This document shows positions 48,339 to 58,828 of a stretch of 64,000 bases of DNA, piece by piece. The DNA comes from a virus (Duplodnaviria; Caudoviricetes), in the IMG/VR virus record IMGVR_UViG_3300046786_000304, positions 169,465 through 233,464 of that record. The stretch is one strand, 5' to 3'. A program made the translations under genes and the position numbers. Position 1 is the stretch's first letter; each line of letters begins with the position of its first letter. Under the pieces are notes generated by a model. The model was not told the origin of the DNA, did no database searches, and saw nothing but the letters and a program-made list of their open reading frames with translations.

Positions 48339-48728
48339 ATGAACGACAGCAACGATACTATTACTATTGATTTAAGTGGCGTTGAATCAACTGAGTTCGT
48401 ATGGAACGAAAGTGACATGAGCACTGGTTTCATAGCACAGGAAGTTGGTACAGCGTATACTACTATAGCGGCCGGCCATAATACAGTGACACTAGGTAGT
48501 GGAATATCTATTACAAGCACAGGTCTTGCAGCCAGCACCGCAGGCAGTAGCTATACCATTTCATCACCCTATGATGATTTAGCAGATCGTTTGTCTAGAT
48601 TGGAACAGTTAATAGCCGAAGAGGAAGAAGTTCGTAGAACTCATCCCGCAGTTAAAATGGCCTATGACGAATATCGTTTGTTGTATATTTTGGCAAAGAA
48701 AAATCCCGGCGATGACTTGACAGAGTGA
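48339..48728 (+). CDS. Hypothetical protein
   Basis: Ser/Thr-rich core; C-terminal HPAVKMAYDEY helix. Confidence 0.65.
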   Translation: MNDSNDTITIDLSGVESTEFVWNESDMSTGFIAQEVGTAYTTIAAGHNTVTLGSGISITSTGLAASTAGSSYTISSPYDDLADRLSRLEQLIAEEEEVRRTHPAVKMAYDEYRLLYILAKKNPGDDLTE

Positions 48729-48739
48729 TGAAATCAGCG

Positions 48740-48822
48740 TATAAATATAAGTGTAAGACGCCATTAGGGTTTTACATTGGACACGTTGTCCTAAACGTTC
48801 TTGCTTATTAAAGGAGAAAATT
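48740..48822 (+). promoter_or_regulatory. TATAAATA promoter and ROSE-like 5' UTR of hsp20
   Basis: TTCTTGCT-TATTAA-AGGAGAA hairpin sequesters the SD, with a bulged G. Confidence 0.6.
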
Positions 48823-49257
48823 ATGAACGCATTAACACGATTTGACACAACAGCTCTAAATCAATTGAACAGAGCACTTGTTGGTTTTGATAGAATGTTT
48901 GCTGAAAAGCTAGCACTCAACCAACCTTACCCTCCCTACAACATTATCAAAAAAGGTGAAAACGACTACGAGATTGAAATCGCAGTTGCTGGCTTTAACC
49001 TTGAAGAAATTGAAGTAGAAGTTACCCAAAATGTCTTGGTAATTAAGGGAGAACGCAAACGTGAAGAAGAGGCAGAAGTAGAATATATTCATCGCGGCCT
49101 TGCTTATCGCAATTTCGAAAAGAGCCTTACACTAGCAGAAAATATGGAAGTAGGCACTGCTACAATTAATGAAGGTATTTTGCGTATCGCAGTTACACGT
49201 ATTGTACCAGAAGCACTGAAGCCACGCAAAGTGCAAGTTATTGGTTTAGACAAGTAA
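48823..49257 (+). CDS. hsp20: Small heat-shock protein Hsp20 (IbpA-like)
   Basis: YPPYNI, IAVAGF, YIHRGLAYRNF, EGILRI; terminator at 49265-49290. Confidence 0.93.
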   Translation: MNALTRFDTTALNQLNRALVGFDRMFAEKLALNQPYPPYNIIKKGENDYEIEIAVAGFNLEEIEVEVTQNVLVIKGERKREEEAEVEYIHRGLAYRNFEKSLTLAENMEVGTATINEGILRIAVTRIVPEALKPRKVQVIGLDK

Positions 49258-49313
49258 TGCGAAATATGGGGAGTATCCACTCCCCATTTGATAAATATTA
49301 TTGAAGGAATAAA

Positions 49314-49622
49314 ATGAGCTTAATGGCAACAGAAACAAGTCAATCTCAAAAACAAGACGTGGTAATTAAAAAACCTAATATGTATAAAGTTGTTTTTAAT
49401 AACGACGACGCTACACCAATGAATTTTGTCATTGAATTACTCAAAGCAGTATTCCATCACAACGACGATAGAGCCGCACAAACTACCATGGAAATTCACG
49501 AACATGGCAAAGGTGTTGCGGGTGTTTATACATTTGAAGTTGCAGAACAAAAGCACAACGAAGCAACATACATCGCCCGCAGTAATGGGCACCCTTTAAA
49601 TATCAATTTAGAGTCAGAATAA
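49314..49622 (+). CDS. clpS: ClpS N-end-rule adaptor
   Basis: YKVVFNNDDATPMNFVI..MEIHEHGKGVAGVY..EVAE. Confidence 0.93.
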   Translation: MSLMATETSQSQKQDVVIKKPNMYKVVFNNDDATPMNFVIELLKAVFHHNDDRAAQTTMEIHEHGKGVAGVYTFEVAEQKHNEATYIARSNGHPLNINLESE

Positions 49623-49904
49623 ATGAATAACAAAGAAAAAGAAATCCTGGACATTACCCAAGAGGAATGTGCAGAAGTAATTGTCGCGATCAGTAAAATT
49701 AGCAGGTTTGGCCTGGACAATATCAAGCCCGGAAAACCTAAAACAAACAGAGAACACTTAGCCGAAGAATTAGGAGATTTACAAGCTATGATTGATTTAT
49801 GTATTAAGTTTGGATTAGTGGGCAGTGAGCAAGTAAGCATTGCCGCTGATAATAAGATTGCTAAACTAAAAAACTGGAGTAATATCTTTAGTACTGACGC
49901 ATAA
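49623..49904 (+). CDS. MazG-like NTP pyrophosphohydrolase
   Basis: EECAEVI..EHLAEELGDL acidic motif. Confidence 0.75.
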   Translation: MNNKEKEILDITQEECAEVIVAISKISRFGLDNIKPGKPKTNREHLAEELGDLQAMIDLCIKFGLVGSEQVSIAADNKIAKLKNWSNIFSTDA

Positions 49905-49926
49905 TATCAGTGTTAATACTGAGTAA

Positions 49927-50157
49927 ATGTTGCGTTGCCGCATAAATAGTATTAGTAGAAACACTGAGTTTCACATACTAAAGGAAAGCGCAATGACAGC
50001 AACAATAGCAAAACTAGTTGAGCGTCTAGCAGAAATGTTCCCAAAACAGAACTATCAAAGTAAATTAGACGCTTATCTTAAAAGTAAAAACATACAAGAC
50101 ATCGGTGAAGTAGAACATTGGATTAGAGAGTTCGACCGTAAAGGGAGTTATCTATGA
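49927..50157 (+). CDS. Small hypothetical protein, DUF3563-like (likely start 49993)
   Basis: LDAYL..NIQDIGEVEHWIREFD; AAGGA SD before 49993. Confidence 0.55.
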   Translation: MLRCRINSISRNTEFHILKESAMTATIAKLVERLAEMFPKQNYQSKLDAYLKSKNIQDIGEVEHWIREFDRKGSYL

Positions 50158-50432
50158 AAAAAATCCTTAATGCTATCTACGAAGGCCTAATTGATTGGGC
50201 ACAGATGATTCATGAATATCGTCAAAGTCAAGCCAACAAGCATTACTATTGAGGTCTTCATGGAATTACTATCAATACAAATAATAGCAGTTGGCTTGCT
50301 AATATTAAGCCATATGGCACAGGAGTTTCTATGAACTATCTGGATATTTTATGGACATTACTTCGTTGGAAAAATGACGGTTGGGAAGTTCATCCTATTA
50401 ATTTGGATGATGAATTTCCTGGTTGGGTTTAA
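50154..50432 (+). CDS. Three coupled micro-ORFs (50154-50252, 50260-50334, 50331-50432)
   Basis: SD sequences and ATGA overlaps; 24-33 aa each. Confidence 0.5.
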
Positions 50433-50494
50433 TATACTAAAGTTTAATTCTTAGGAGAATTAGATATATACATTATTCCACCCAAGGAGAATGT

Positions 50495-50923
50495 ATGCCT
50501 AAGAAAAAGGACATTACTAGAACCAAACTTTTTAAGATGGTTCAAAAGTTCGATGAATTTGACTGTAAATTCAGACCCACAATTCATGATTGTAGGGAAG
50601 TCTTTACTAACATTAATCGCAATGTTTTTAATAACGAACTTAAAATGCCTAATTTTAGATTAGTGTATTCGGGTAAATTTTGGGGCGAGTGCCAAGGCAA
50701 CATAGACGACAACGAACGATGTATCATTAGAATGAACAAAAGTTTTTTAAGCAAAAGACTTTTTGTTTATACAATGGCACATGAAATGGTACACCAATGG
50801 GAATGGTTAGTACACGAGCACATGACTCATGGTCCTACATTTTTTGTATGGCGAGATGAGTTGGCAAAATACGGTATAGTATTAAGTAGAAAATACCGTA
50901 TTAAATATTATAAGCTAAATTAA
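50495..50923 (+). CDS. SprT-like zinc metalloprotease
   Basis: TMAHEMVHQW and HGPTF. Confidence 0.85.
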   Translation: MPKKKDITRTKLFKMVQKFDEFDCKFRPTIHDCREVFTNINRNVFNNELKMPNFRLVYSGKFWGECQGNIDDNERCIIRMNKSFLSKRLFVYTMAHEMVHQWEWLVHEHMTHGPTFFVWRDELAKYGIVLSRKYRIKYYKLN

Positions 50924-51285
50924 TGATTATTGGAATAGGCACAGATATTATATATATTTCTAGATTTAGGGATATGGATAATATTAAATTGAATATGCTG
51001 GCAAATAAAATTTGTACAGATAATGAGTTAATCGAATATCAAAATATATCAGATAAACCATTATATATTGCAAAAAAATGGGCTAGTAAAGAAGCAATAT
51101 CAAAAGCATTGGGTACTGGAATAGGTAATGGTACTAAATGGAAAGATTTTGAAATAAGTCATAATATATTAGGTAAACCGATAATCATATTCATTAATGA
51201 ATCATTTAATAATTATTATGGACATATTAGTATATCCGATGAACGGGATATTATAATAGTTTATACATTAATCGAAACAAAATAG
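50923..51285 (+). CDS. acpS: Holo-ACP synthase (4'-phosphopantetheinyl transferase)
   Basis: IGIGTDII, WASKEAISKALGTGI, GKP, HISISD; ends in TAG. Confidence 0.88.
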   Translation: MIIGIGTDIIYISRFRDMDNIKLNMLANKICTDNELIEYQNISDKPLYIAKKWASKEAISKALGTGIGNGTKWKDFEISHNILGKPIIIFINESFNNYYGHISISDERDIIIVYTLIETK

Positions 51286-51368
51286 TACCGATATCCTATA
51301 ATACTTTAGTATTACTTTTAGCGCAGAAATAAATTGGCACAAATTGGTCTTCATGCTATAATACATAC

Positions 51369-51683
51369 ATGATGAAACGCAAAACACGCACAGACCGCAA
51401 TCACGCAATTTATGTTATCACTAATACAGTGACAGCAGAGCAGTACATTGGTGTTACAGTTTGTAGCGGTAACGTCAAAAAAGCACTTAAAGTTCGTATC
51501 CAAAAGCACGTTCGTCGTGCTTTAACTGAGAACAAAGATTGGGCATTGTGCCAAAGCATCCGTGAATTTGGCGTTAATGCTTTTACATATGGTTTAGTTG
51601 AAACACTTCGTGGCAAGGCTCCAGCCCACGCACGTGAACGTGAACTCACTAAAATCTACAACCCAGTATTGAACACACTTTAA
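51369..51683 (+). CDS. Stand-alone GIY-YIG nuclease-like protein
   Basis: AIYVITN..QYIGVT..RIQKH..RERE. Confidence 0.7.
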   Translation: MMKRKTRTDRNHAIYVITNTVTAEQYIGVTVCSGNVKKALKVRIQKHVRRALTENKDWALCQSIREFGVNAFTYGLVETLRGKAPAHARERELTKIYNPVLNTL

Positions 51684-51737
51684 TTGACACAAGTTGATTA
51701 GAGTGTTACAATATACTATCACAATAACAGGAAACCT

Positions 51738-52679
51738 ATGACTAAATCCTATACAGTTATAAGTCATGTAGACCATAAAGACCGACGACTGGTTAGTATG
51801 AAAATATATAATTTTTCTACTAAAGAAGCAGTAGAAAAATCTATACGTGGATATCATCGTTGTTTTGGTTGGACATTTGAAATTGTCGAGACTACTCCTG
51901 AGATCCAGGAACAGGTAAAACAATTTAAAATAAGTGAAGAAAAACGTTTTAAAGAAAATAGTAAAAATTCTAAACGTTTTGGTGTTCTTGCAAAACCAAT
52001 TCCTTGGACATTGGCGGCGGCAAAACATTATATTAAATCTTAAGGAGATAACATGTCAAAATTAAAAGACCTAATTGAGTTTTGTAATGGTGGTTACACT
52101 ATGGAATCTAGCATAGATGGCAGACGCCATTATGAGGCTGTCCATACTGCTACAGGTAAACGCACAGGTGGCAAAACACGAGAAGCCGCAGAACGGGCAC
52201 TAGTTAAATTAAATGACAATGAGCTTAAGGTACAAGGTGCTATCATCTTTTTAAAAGAACAAGGCTACATTGTTTCTAAACCAATGTAATAAGGACACAA
52301 AATGGAAACCACAATCATTCTCAACACAGACGGCCGAGGTCTTTGGAGTCGACAATCCAAGCCTGTAACAGTTACTGGAATCGATTGTATTATTACAAAA
52401 ATGGAAGACGAGGATCGTTTGTTTGGTGAACTAATGGTTCGTTTTGACACAGCGTCGTGGGACACAGACAAAGATGGTTTGATTTACACAGATGACCAAT
52501 TTTTAAAAGAATTACACACTTTTCTAAAATCACTGGGCTTCTCGAATGAAGCATCCAATGATGTTAGTTATAGCGAACAAGGTATGCAGGGCGACAATTA
52601 TGTTAGCCTGGACGTAGGTATGGAATTCTGCGAAGAATGGATTAATGAATTCCCTGACACTGAAATTTTTGAATATTAA
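51738..52679 (+). CDS. Three early hypothetical genes (51738-52043, 52053-52289, 52302-52679)
   Basis: Each has an SD, downstream of the promoter at 51684. Confidence 0.65.
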
Positions 52680-54028
52680 GCACCGATATCGGGACAATGT
52701 CTGGCTAGTATATCTTGTATTTCTGGCAGGACTTGTCTCCAATTAGTGCCTCTGATTTTATCTAGTTTGTCCATGACAATGACAAACTCTCGGTATTTCC
52801 ATTCTTTATCTTCGTCTATATATTTTTCTAAGAATTTAATAATCGCTTTATACCAAGTAGTTCTTTTTTCACTGTGGTGCATTAAACTTTGATAGTGATT
52901 AATAATTTCTTCTTTGGCTGATTTTGGCAAAGATCTAAGATCCAACCAATTTGGTCCTTCTAAAAATCTAAACTCTACAGGAATATTTAATTCCTCAGCC
53001 ACTGCTGATAATCTCTCTATAGCATATATTGATCCAATACCGATACAGCAGGACAAGTAATGAATATCCATGCCGTTATCTTTTAGAGTTTTTATATTGT
53101 CAATGATTGTATTGTACTTGCCCGGGAAACGAATTAGTTCATATCGTTCTTCGATATCATCAACACTAACACAAAAATTGATTTTCTTAAAATGTTTAAA
53201 TTTTTCGATAATTTTATTGTTGATAACAGTTAAGTTGGTATCATAACGTAATATAATATTTTTTGCAAAGTCATTCTCTATAAGTTTATCTAATATTTTT
53301 GTCATGGCGGGTGCTACTAATGGCTCGCCACCCGAGAAATAAATGTGTCTTAAATCCGGTGCTATTTTGTCAAATCGTTCCCACCAAATTTCGCTGTCCC
53401 ACCATTTAGAATAGTCTAAGATTTCTCTGCCTTTGCTGTCCGTAGTTAGTCTATATTCCTTGTCGCCCCATACTGTACCAGGCGGCATTACTTGAACATT
53501 GCCCCAAAGTTTGTTCCAATCTTCATACCAAAGACTACTGTACTCCGGGCTACACATAATACATTTTTGATTGCACAAATTACTCAATCGTAAACCTAGA
53601 TTTACAACCTTTGCTGTGGATGTACCATCGGGTAGTGTATATTGATCAGCCTGATCCCATCTAACATATTCTGGAATTTCTGCTGTTGTTAAACGATTAA
53701 CACGTTGCCTCTTACTCTTACCCCATTGTTTAATTCCATCACTGCCCCACTCGCTTAAATTTTTTGTACTGTGTTCAGCGACATAACAATTACGGCATCT
53801 TTTTACTTGGATATTTTCTTTGAGTTGTAGTCGATGATCCTTGTGAGTTTCGCTATTAATTGCTTCTTCAATGGTATGCGTCATTACGTTCATGACATTG
53901 CCATTTTTATCACGTGCCATTCCATAGTCTTTGCCATAGTTTGCTAGGCAACAAATTTTATAGTCACCGAGTGTATTGATTTCTAATTGGCTCCATAGCT
54001 CGCCACAAAAGCTTTCTAAATTAAACAT
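52676..54028 (-). CDS. Radical SAM protein with N-terminal twitch/SPASM-like Cys region
   Basis: C..LW..ICC..CRNC; LRLSNLCNQKCIMC; FSGGEP; TATAAATA upstream on the minus strand. Confidence 0.88.
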   Translation of the reverse strand: MFNLESFCGELWSQLEINTLGDYKICCLANYGKDYGMARDKNGNVMNVMTHTIEEAINSETHKDHRLQLKENIQVKRCRNCYVAEHSTKNLSEWGSDGIKQWGKSKRQRVNRLTTAEIPEYVRWDQADQYTLPDGTSTAKVVNLGLRLSNLCNQKCIMCSPEYSSLWYEDWNKLWGNVQVMPPGTVWGDKEYRLTTDSKGREILDYSKWWDSEIWWERFDKIAPDLRHIYFSGGEPLVAPAMTKILDKLIENDFAKNIILRYDTNLTVINNKIIEKFKHFKKINFCVSVDDIEERYELIRFPGKYNTIIDNIKTLKDNGMDIHYLSCCIGIGSIYAIERLSAVAEELNIPVEFRFLEGPNWLDLRSLPKSAKEEIINHYQSLMHHSEKRTTWYKAIIKFLEKYIDEDKEWKYREFVIVMDKLDKIRGTNWRQVLPEIQDILARHCPDIGA

Positions 54029-54120
54029 ATCATTATTTATATACCCGTATTAAATTTAATTGACACAAATTAGATTTGACGTTATAATACATACATAGCT
54101 TAACAAAACAGGAGTTTGAA

Positions 54121-56265
54121 ATGGGTACACGTAGTCGAATTGGCGTTATGCACGGTGAGAATTGTAAGTCAGTTTATTGCCATTGGGATGGCTATTTGGA
54201 ATACAATGGTATGATGCTAGAAAAGCATTATGACAGTGCTAAAGCTAACAACCTAGTAGCATTAGGTGATTTGTCTAGCCTGCAACCTGAGATTGGTGAA
54301 GCCCACCCATTTGGTTATCACGGCACTGACATGACTAGTGCCGAATATGAAGCCAAGTTTGGTAATATGTGTACTTTTTATGGTCGTGACCGCGGCGAGA
54401 ATGGTGTAGGCTTTAAAACAGATGCTACCTTTGAATCGTTCTTTGAACGTGCTGAAGGTTGCGGAGCAGAATGGTATTACATTATGCGTGATGGTGTTTG
54501 GTATGTAGGTAATACATACGAACGTGATACAAAGTTTTATAAACAACTTGTCTTGTTGTCAGAAGCAATGGAAGCAATTAAGGAAACAGCATAATGACTA
54601 ATGTAGAATTGGCAAAGAGTATCCGTAGTAATTTGTTTGCGGACCGAGGCTATGACCTCAATGAGGCATATAACTATGCCATGGAATTAATGATGGGTAA
54701 TCCTCATGCCTATACTGGCATGATGGTTGTACTAAACACAATTAGCAACATAATCCTTGAAAACGAAAAGGAAGTTGCGTAAAGGATTTAAAATGGAATT
54801 TCAACGACGTTATGATGACCAAGGCTTGGTAGCGGTATTGATATCGCCAGGTTTTGGTGCAGGTTGGAGCACATGGGGCGACCAAGACCAGCGCGAAGCT
54901 ATGTTGTTTGACAGCCGTTTGGTAGACTTTGTTTTATCTCACGGTGCCGACGGCTTAGGAGACTATGCTGAATCTTTGGGTTATACTGGCTACACCGGTG
55001 GAGCTCAGGATGTTCGAGTTGAATGGCTAGAACCAGGTGTGCGTTTTTATGTTGACGAATATGATGGTAGCGAAAGCATACGCACATTCGATGACTTGTG
55101 TTATATAGCATGATTTATTATAAGATTCGTAGTAAAACTAATCCTGACTTGTTTCGTAAAGCCGATGGCTCGTGGAATAAGTCAGGTAAAGTCTATGACA
55201 CACTAGGAAAACTTCGCAGTACAATTACACTTAATATGAACAGTCACAGTTCTTATGTAAGAGAAAAAGTCGGTGACTGGGAGATTGTAGAATACGAAGT
55301 TCGCGTTAAAGAAGTAAAGCATCTAGCAGATGTAATTGATCCAAAGAAAATTTTTGAACTATTAGGAAAATAAAATGGCAGGATATCAAGCAGTAGTATC
55401 ACTTCGTCGTTTAGAAGAAGATGTAGATAAACTTGGCTTTATGCTTTGCGCTCCTAAGTCAGGTTGGGGCGGCGATGACTTTGCTGATAAAGTCGCCATC
55501 AAACCCAAAGACGCAGACAGCCTTCCTATTTACAGTAGGGACGCAGAACTATTTACAGGCACTCTTGAACAGCTTCGTATTTGGATACAAGGTGTTCATT
55601 GGGCCCGTAACTACGATTCAATGCTTAAACTCAGCGACGAGAAAAAACGTGCTACAAAAGAACAACACGAACGTGGACGTCAGTTGATTGCTAAACTTAA
55701 AAAGGATCACACTAATGAACAGGCCAAATAGATTTCTAGCTATGTGGGACTGTAATGGTCTCGAGTGTCTGTTTGATATTACAGACGTAGATGGCGACAT
55801 GCTTATGTCAAAGTTAAAAGGCGAAACTTATCGAGTGCCTTATAACTTGTCAATGATGATGATGCGGGCCCGTGCTAACTTACAGCGTAGTTATGAAATC
55901 TATTCATTTACTACAGTGGACATGGATTACGATGACGTTAAATCTATGTTTGAAACGGATCCACAAGTAATGGTAAATGCCATTCGTGAGCAAGGGCATA
56001 TGATCCACAGCGACTACAGTCCAAACAGAAAGGTAATTTCATAATGTATCATACAATTTATAAAGAAGTTGAAATTGATGTAGAGTTGTCTGACTTTGAC
56101 ACAGAAGATCTACTTGAAGAATTAGAAAGTCGAGGACATCCGGCGGCTGATCTCGAAGATGGTAATACTATTGTTCATAGAATTTATGAAAAACGCAGGC
56201 TAGGTAAAGACTACCAAAGCGAACTTGATCAACTTATTCGTCAAGTCACTGGACGAGTACTGTGA
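54121..56265 (+). CDS. Early hypothetical gene run (54121-54594, 54594-54782, 54757-55113, 55098-55373, 55375-55731, 55688-56044, 56044-56265)
   Basis: Tightly coupled ORFs behind the promoter at 54060; first has the YCHWDGY motif. Confidence 0.7.
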
Positions 56266-57032
56266 GAGATTTAAATGTTAAAGATTTAGTCAGCGAAGAT
56301 GAATGGAATCTTCGCGTAAATCTTGCCGCTTGTGCAAGAGCATTGTCTCTGTTTGGCATCGAAGAGTTTGGATACAATCATATGTTTGCCAAGATTCCAA
56401 ACTCGGATCATGTCTTGGTTCCTGTTTACGGAATATCATATCAAGAACTACGAGCATCTGATTTTATCAAAGTTGATTTTTCAGGCAATGTAATTCTTAA
56501 TCCTCATAACGATTTAACATATTCCAAAGCTATTATCAAGCACTTACCAGTTATACAAAGACGTCCCGAACTTACTTGTATGATTCATGCTCATCCTCCA
56601 TCTGGTACAGCCGTATCTATGCTAGAGTGCGGACTAATGCCATATAGTCAACATGCCATGCGATTCGTTAATATTCCCTATCACGACTATGTTGGCGCAG
56701 AAGAAGGATTTGCTGAAATCGATCAATTGATGAATAACCTTGGCAACAGTGAAGCTATTATACTTAGGAATCACGGAGTGTTGGTTGTCGGCCGCGGAAT
56801 CGCACAGGCATTTAATACATTGTTTTATTTAGAACAAGCCTGTAGTTTTCAATTAAAGGCACAGGCATGTAATACACCATTTGTTGTGCCTAACCCAGAA
56901 GAAGTTAAAAAGACTGCTGGATTTTTTAATCCTGAGATTAGAAAAAAACATGGCGCCGAAGAAATAGGCGTCAAAGAATGGCCTGCGATTATCAGGCTAG
57001 TTGAGCGTACAGATCCTTCATACAAAGAATAA
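56262..57032 (+). CDS. Class II aldolase/adducin family protein
   Basis: LRVNLAAC, NH, CMIHAHP, ILRNHGVLVVG, LEQAC. Confidence 0.9.
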   Translation: MRDLNVKDLVSEDEWNLRVNLAACARALSLFGIEEFGYNHMFAKIPNSDHVLVPVYGISYQELRASDFIKVDFSGNVILNPHNDLTYSKAIIKHLPVIQRRPELTCMIHAHPPSGTAVSMLECGLMPYSQHAMRFVNIPYHDYVGAEEGFAEIDQLMNNLGNSEAIILRNHGVLVVGRGIAQAFNTLFYLEQACSFQLKAQACNTPFVVPNPEEVKKTAGFFNPEIRKKHGAEEIGVKEWPAIIRLVERTDPSYKE

Positions 57033-57038
57033 TCATCT

Positions 57039-57518
57039 ATGACTAAAAAAGTATATTACATCAAAGAAGGCCGCAAATATATTCCTGTGGCAGAATACGA
57101 CAGCGACCTCATGATGAGTTTTCCTAAAGGTACGCATATTGTTATGTGCTATCCAGGAGGACAAAGTACTCGTTATGGTATCGATCCAGCGTATGCTCCG
57201 ATGATTGCCGCAGGCCGTTTGGCCGAAGATGTTATTCGTACGGCCATACATTTGCAAAGCGAAGCTAAACCAAAAGAATATCCTATTACAGAAAGACAAC
57301 GTGCCGCGTGGCAAGAAATGAAAGCAGCCTTTGGTGATGAGTTCTTTAGCCTTCAATTTGCCAGCACACATGATCTTGCCGAAGCCGGTGTTAATGCCAT
57401 GGTAGAAGAAGCAGAAAAATTAATGAAAACTCCTTCAGTAAAAGAAGCATATGATCATTTTATGTTTCTAGCCAAGTTAGCCTACGATGAAAATAAAAAC
57501 AGTTCGGAAAACCAATAA
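57039..57518 (+). CDS. Hypothetical phage protein
   Basis: 159-aa ORF in the operon. Confidence 0.7.
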   Translation: MTKKVYYIKEGRKYIPVAEYDSDLMMSFPKGTHIVMCYPGGQSTRYGIDPAYAPMIAAGRLAEDVIRTAIHLQSEAKPKEYPITERQRAAWQEMKAAFGDEFFSLQFASTHDLAEAGVNAMVEEAEKLMKTPSVKEAYDHFMFLAKLAYDENKNSSENQ

Positions 57519-58828
57519 GGTTCTATTAGAGTTTGATGAATTTTATTCTGCTAACGTAAATATTAAAGCAGAACTCATTGACATTATAGCAACAGAGTTT
57601 GCTGGTCGTCGCATGGCTTATAATATGTGGGAATTTGAAAACAAAGAAATTGCCGAGAAATTTATTTTTATGTATAGGTTAAAATATGCAAATCAAAGTT
57701 AAAAAAACAGACAAACGTATGAATGGCCATAGCCAATTTAAATATTATGTAGACATTAAAAACGACAGGAGCGAACCCTACGGTTCTGTTTTAGAAAAGT
57801 TTTTTGAATGCAGACAATGGTGCTGGGAAACGTGGGGTATTACTAGAGAAGTCAATGAATACAATTCAAAAGAATTTGCTTGGCAAGGCGACCAAAATAA
57901 GCAATGGAGTTGGGTCAATGATCAATACCGAGCAAGATTGTATTTGGCTGATAAAGAAGAAGCCGCATTGTTTACACTAAAGTGGTCATGATCGAAGCCA
58001 GTGTTAGATTAAACCAGCCCTTGGCTCCGAATCGATTCATTGATGAAAGTCCTATCAATATATGGTTATTAGCCAATGTAGGCACACATGCTCCTACCAT
58101 GGATACAGTAGCAGAAGATCGCCCGTGGCGAGTAGAGCATAGATATGGCTATCTTGTATATCATTTTGCCAGAGAGCAAGATGCCGTTATGTTTGCGTTG
58201 AAGTGGAGTTAATGGATTATACAATAGTTACAGACGGCGCAGACTGTTATCCTTGGACTGAGTTCTTTGTATTATGGCCACGAACAACTATTACAGGTAA
58301 AAAGGTATTTTGGGAAAAAGCATTCAAGCGCAGAGTTTGGGTAGTATGGGGCACAGGCTTTCACATGGAACCTGCGACAGAATATGCTACACTATTCGAG
58401 ATAATCGGCGATGACTACTCAGTCAGTTAAATTAACAATGAGAGCAGATAGAACATTGGAAATTGTTCGCGCACTAAGATCCGACGGATATGTGCAGGGT
58501 GTTGACTTCGACTTCGAACATCAAATACCGCGCTGGGATTATTTTACAGACGAGCCTGTGGAAAAACCTTACACAAAATTTACTTTCTATAATAACCACG
58601 TGGCGTTTTTATTCCAGTTGAAATATTCTGGGAGTTAAATATATGTATCAATTAACAATTAGAGGTCACAGACTGGCCATTAACATAGCAAATTGGCTTA
58701 AAGAGAAAAATTTTAATTATAATTTATCCGGCGAGCCAAACAGTCCATTCAATGGAAGATATGTGTTGACATTTGATAACAGAGAACAAGCAGTGATAAC
58801 ATCACTGACTTGGGGTCTTACACAATGA
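57487..58828 (+). CDS. Array of small proteins, five sharing a C-terminal F-x-LK(W/Y)-type motif (57487, 57686, 57982, 58411, 58643) plus unrelated 58203
   Basis: EKFIFMYRLKY, EEAALFTLKWS, EQDAVMFALKWS, VAFLFQLKYS, EQAVITSLTW; similar ORF at 60492. Confidence 0.6.

Noticed and set aside
48339-48728. Peptidase S74 intramolecular chaperone (GFIAQEV motif)
   Set aside because: Only the short motif matches; there is no upstream SD..K cleavage site and no attached fibre domain.
51369-51683. Mobile homing endonuclease element
   Set aside because: Only a bare 104-aa GIY-YIG-like domain without DNA-binding modules or an intron context; kept as a CDS, not a mobile element.
55729-55755. Programmed read-through of the TAG ending ORF 55375..55731
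   Set aside because: Read-through adds only ISSYVGL inside the overlap with the next gene; no sign of function.
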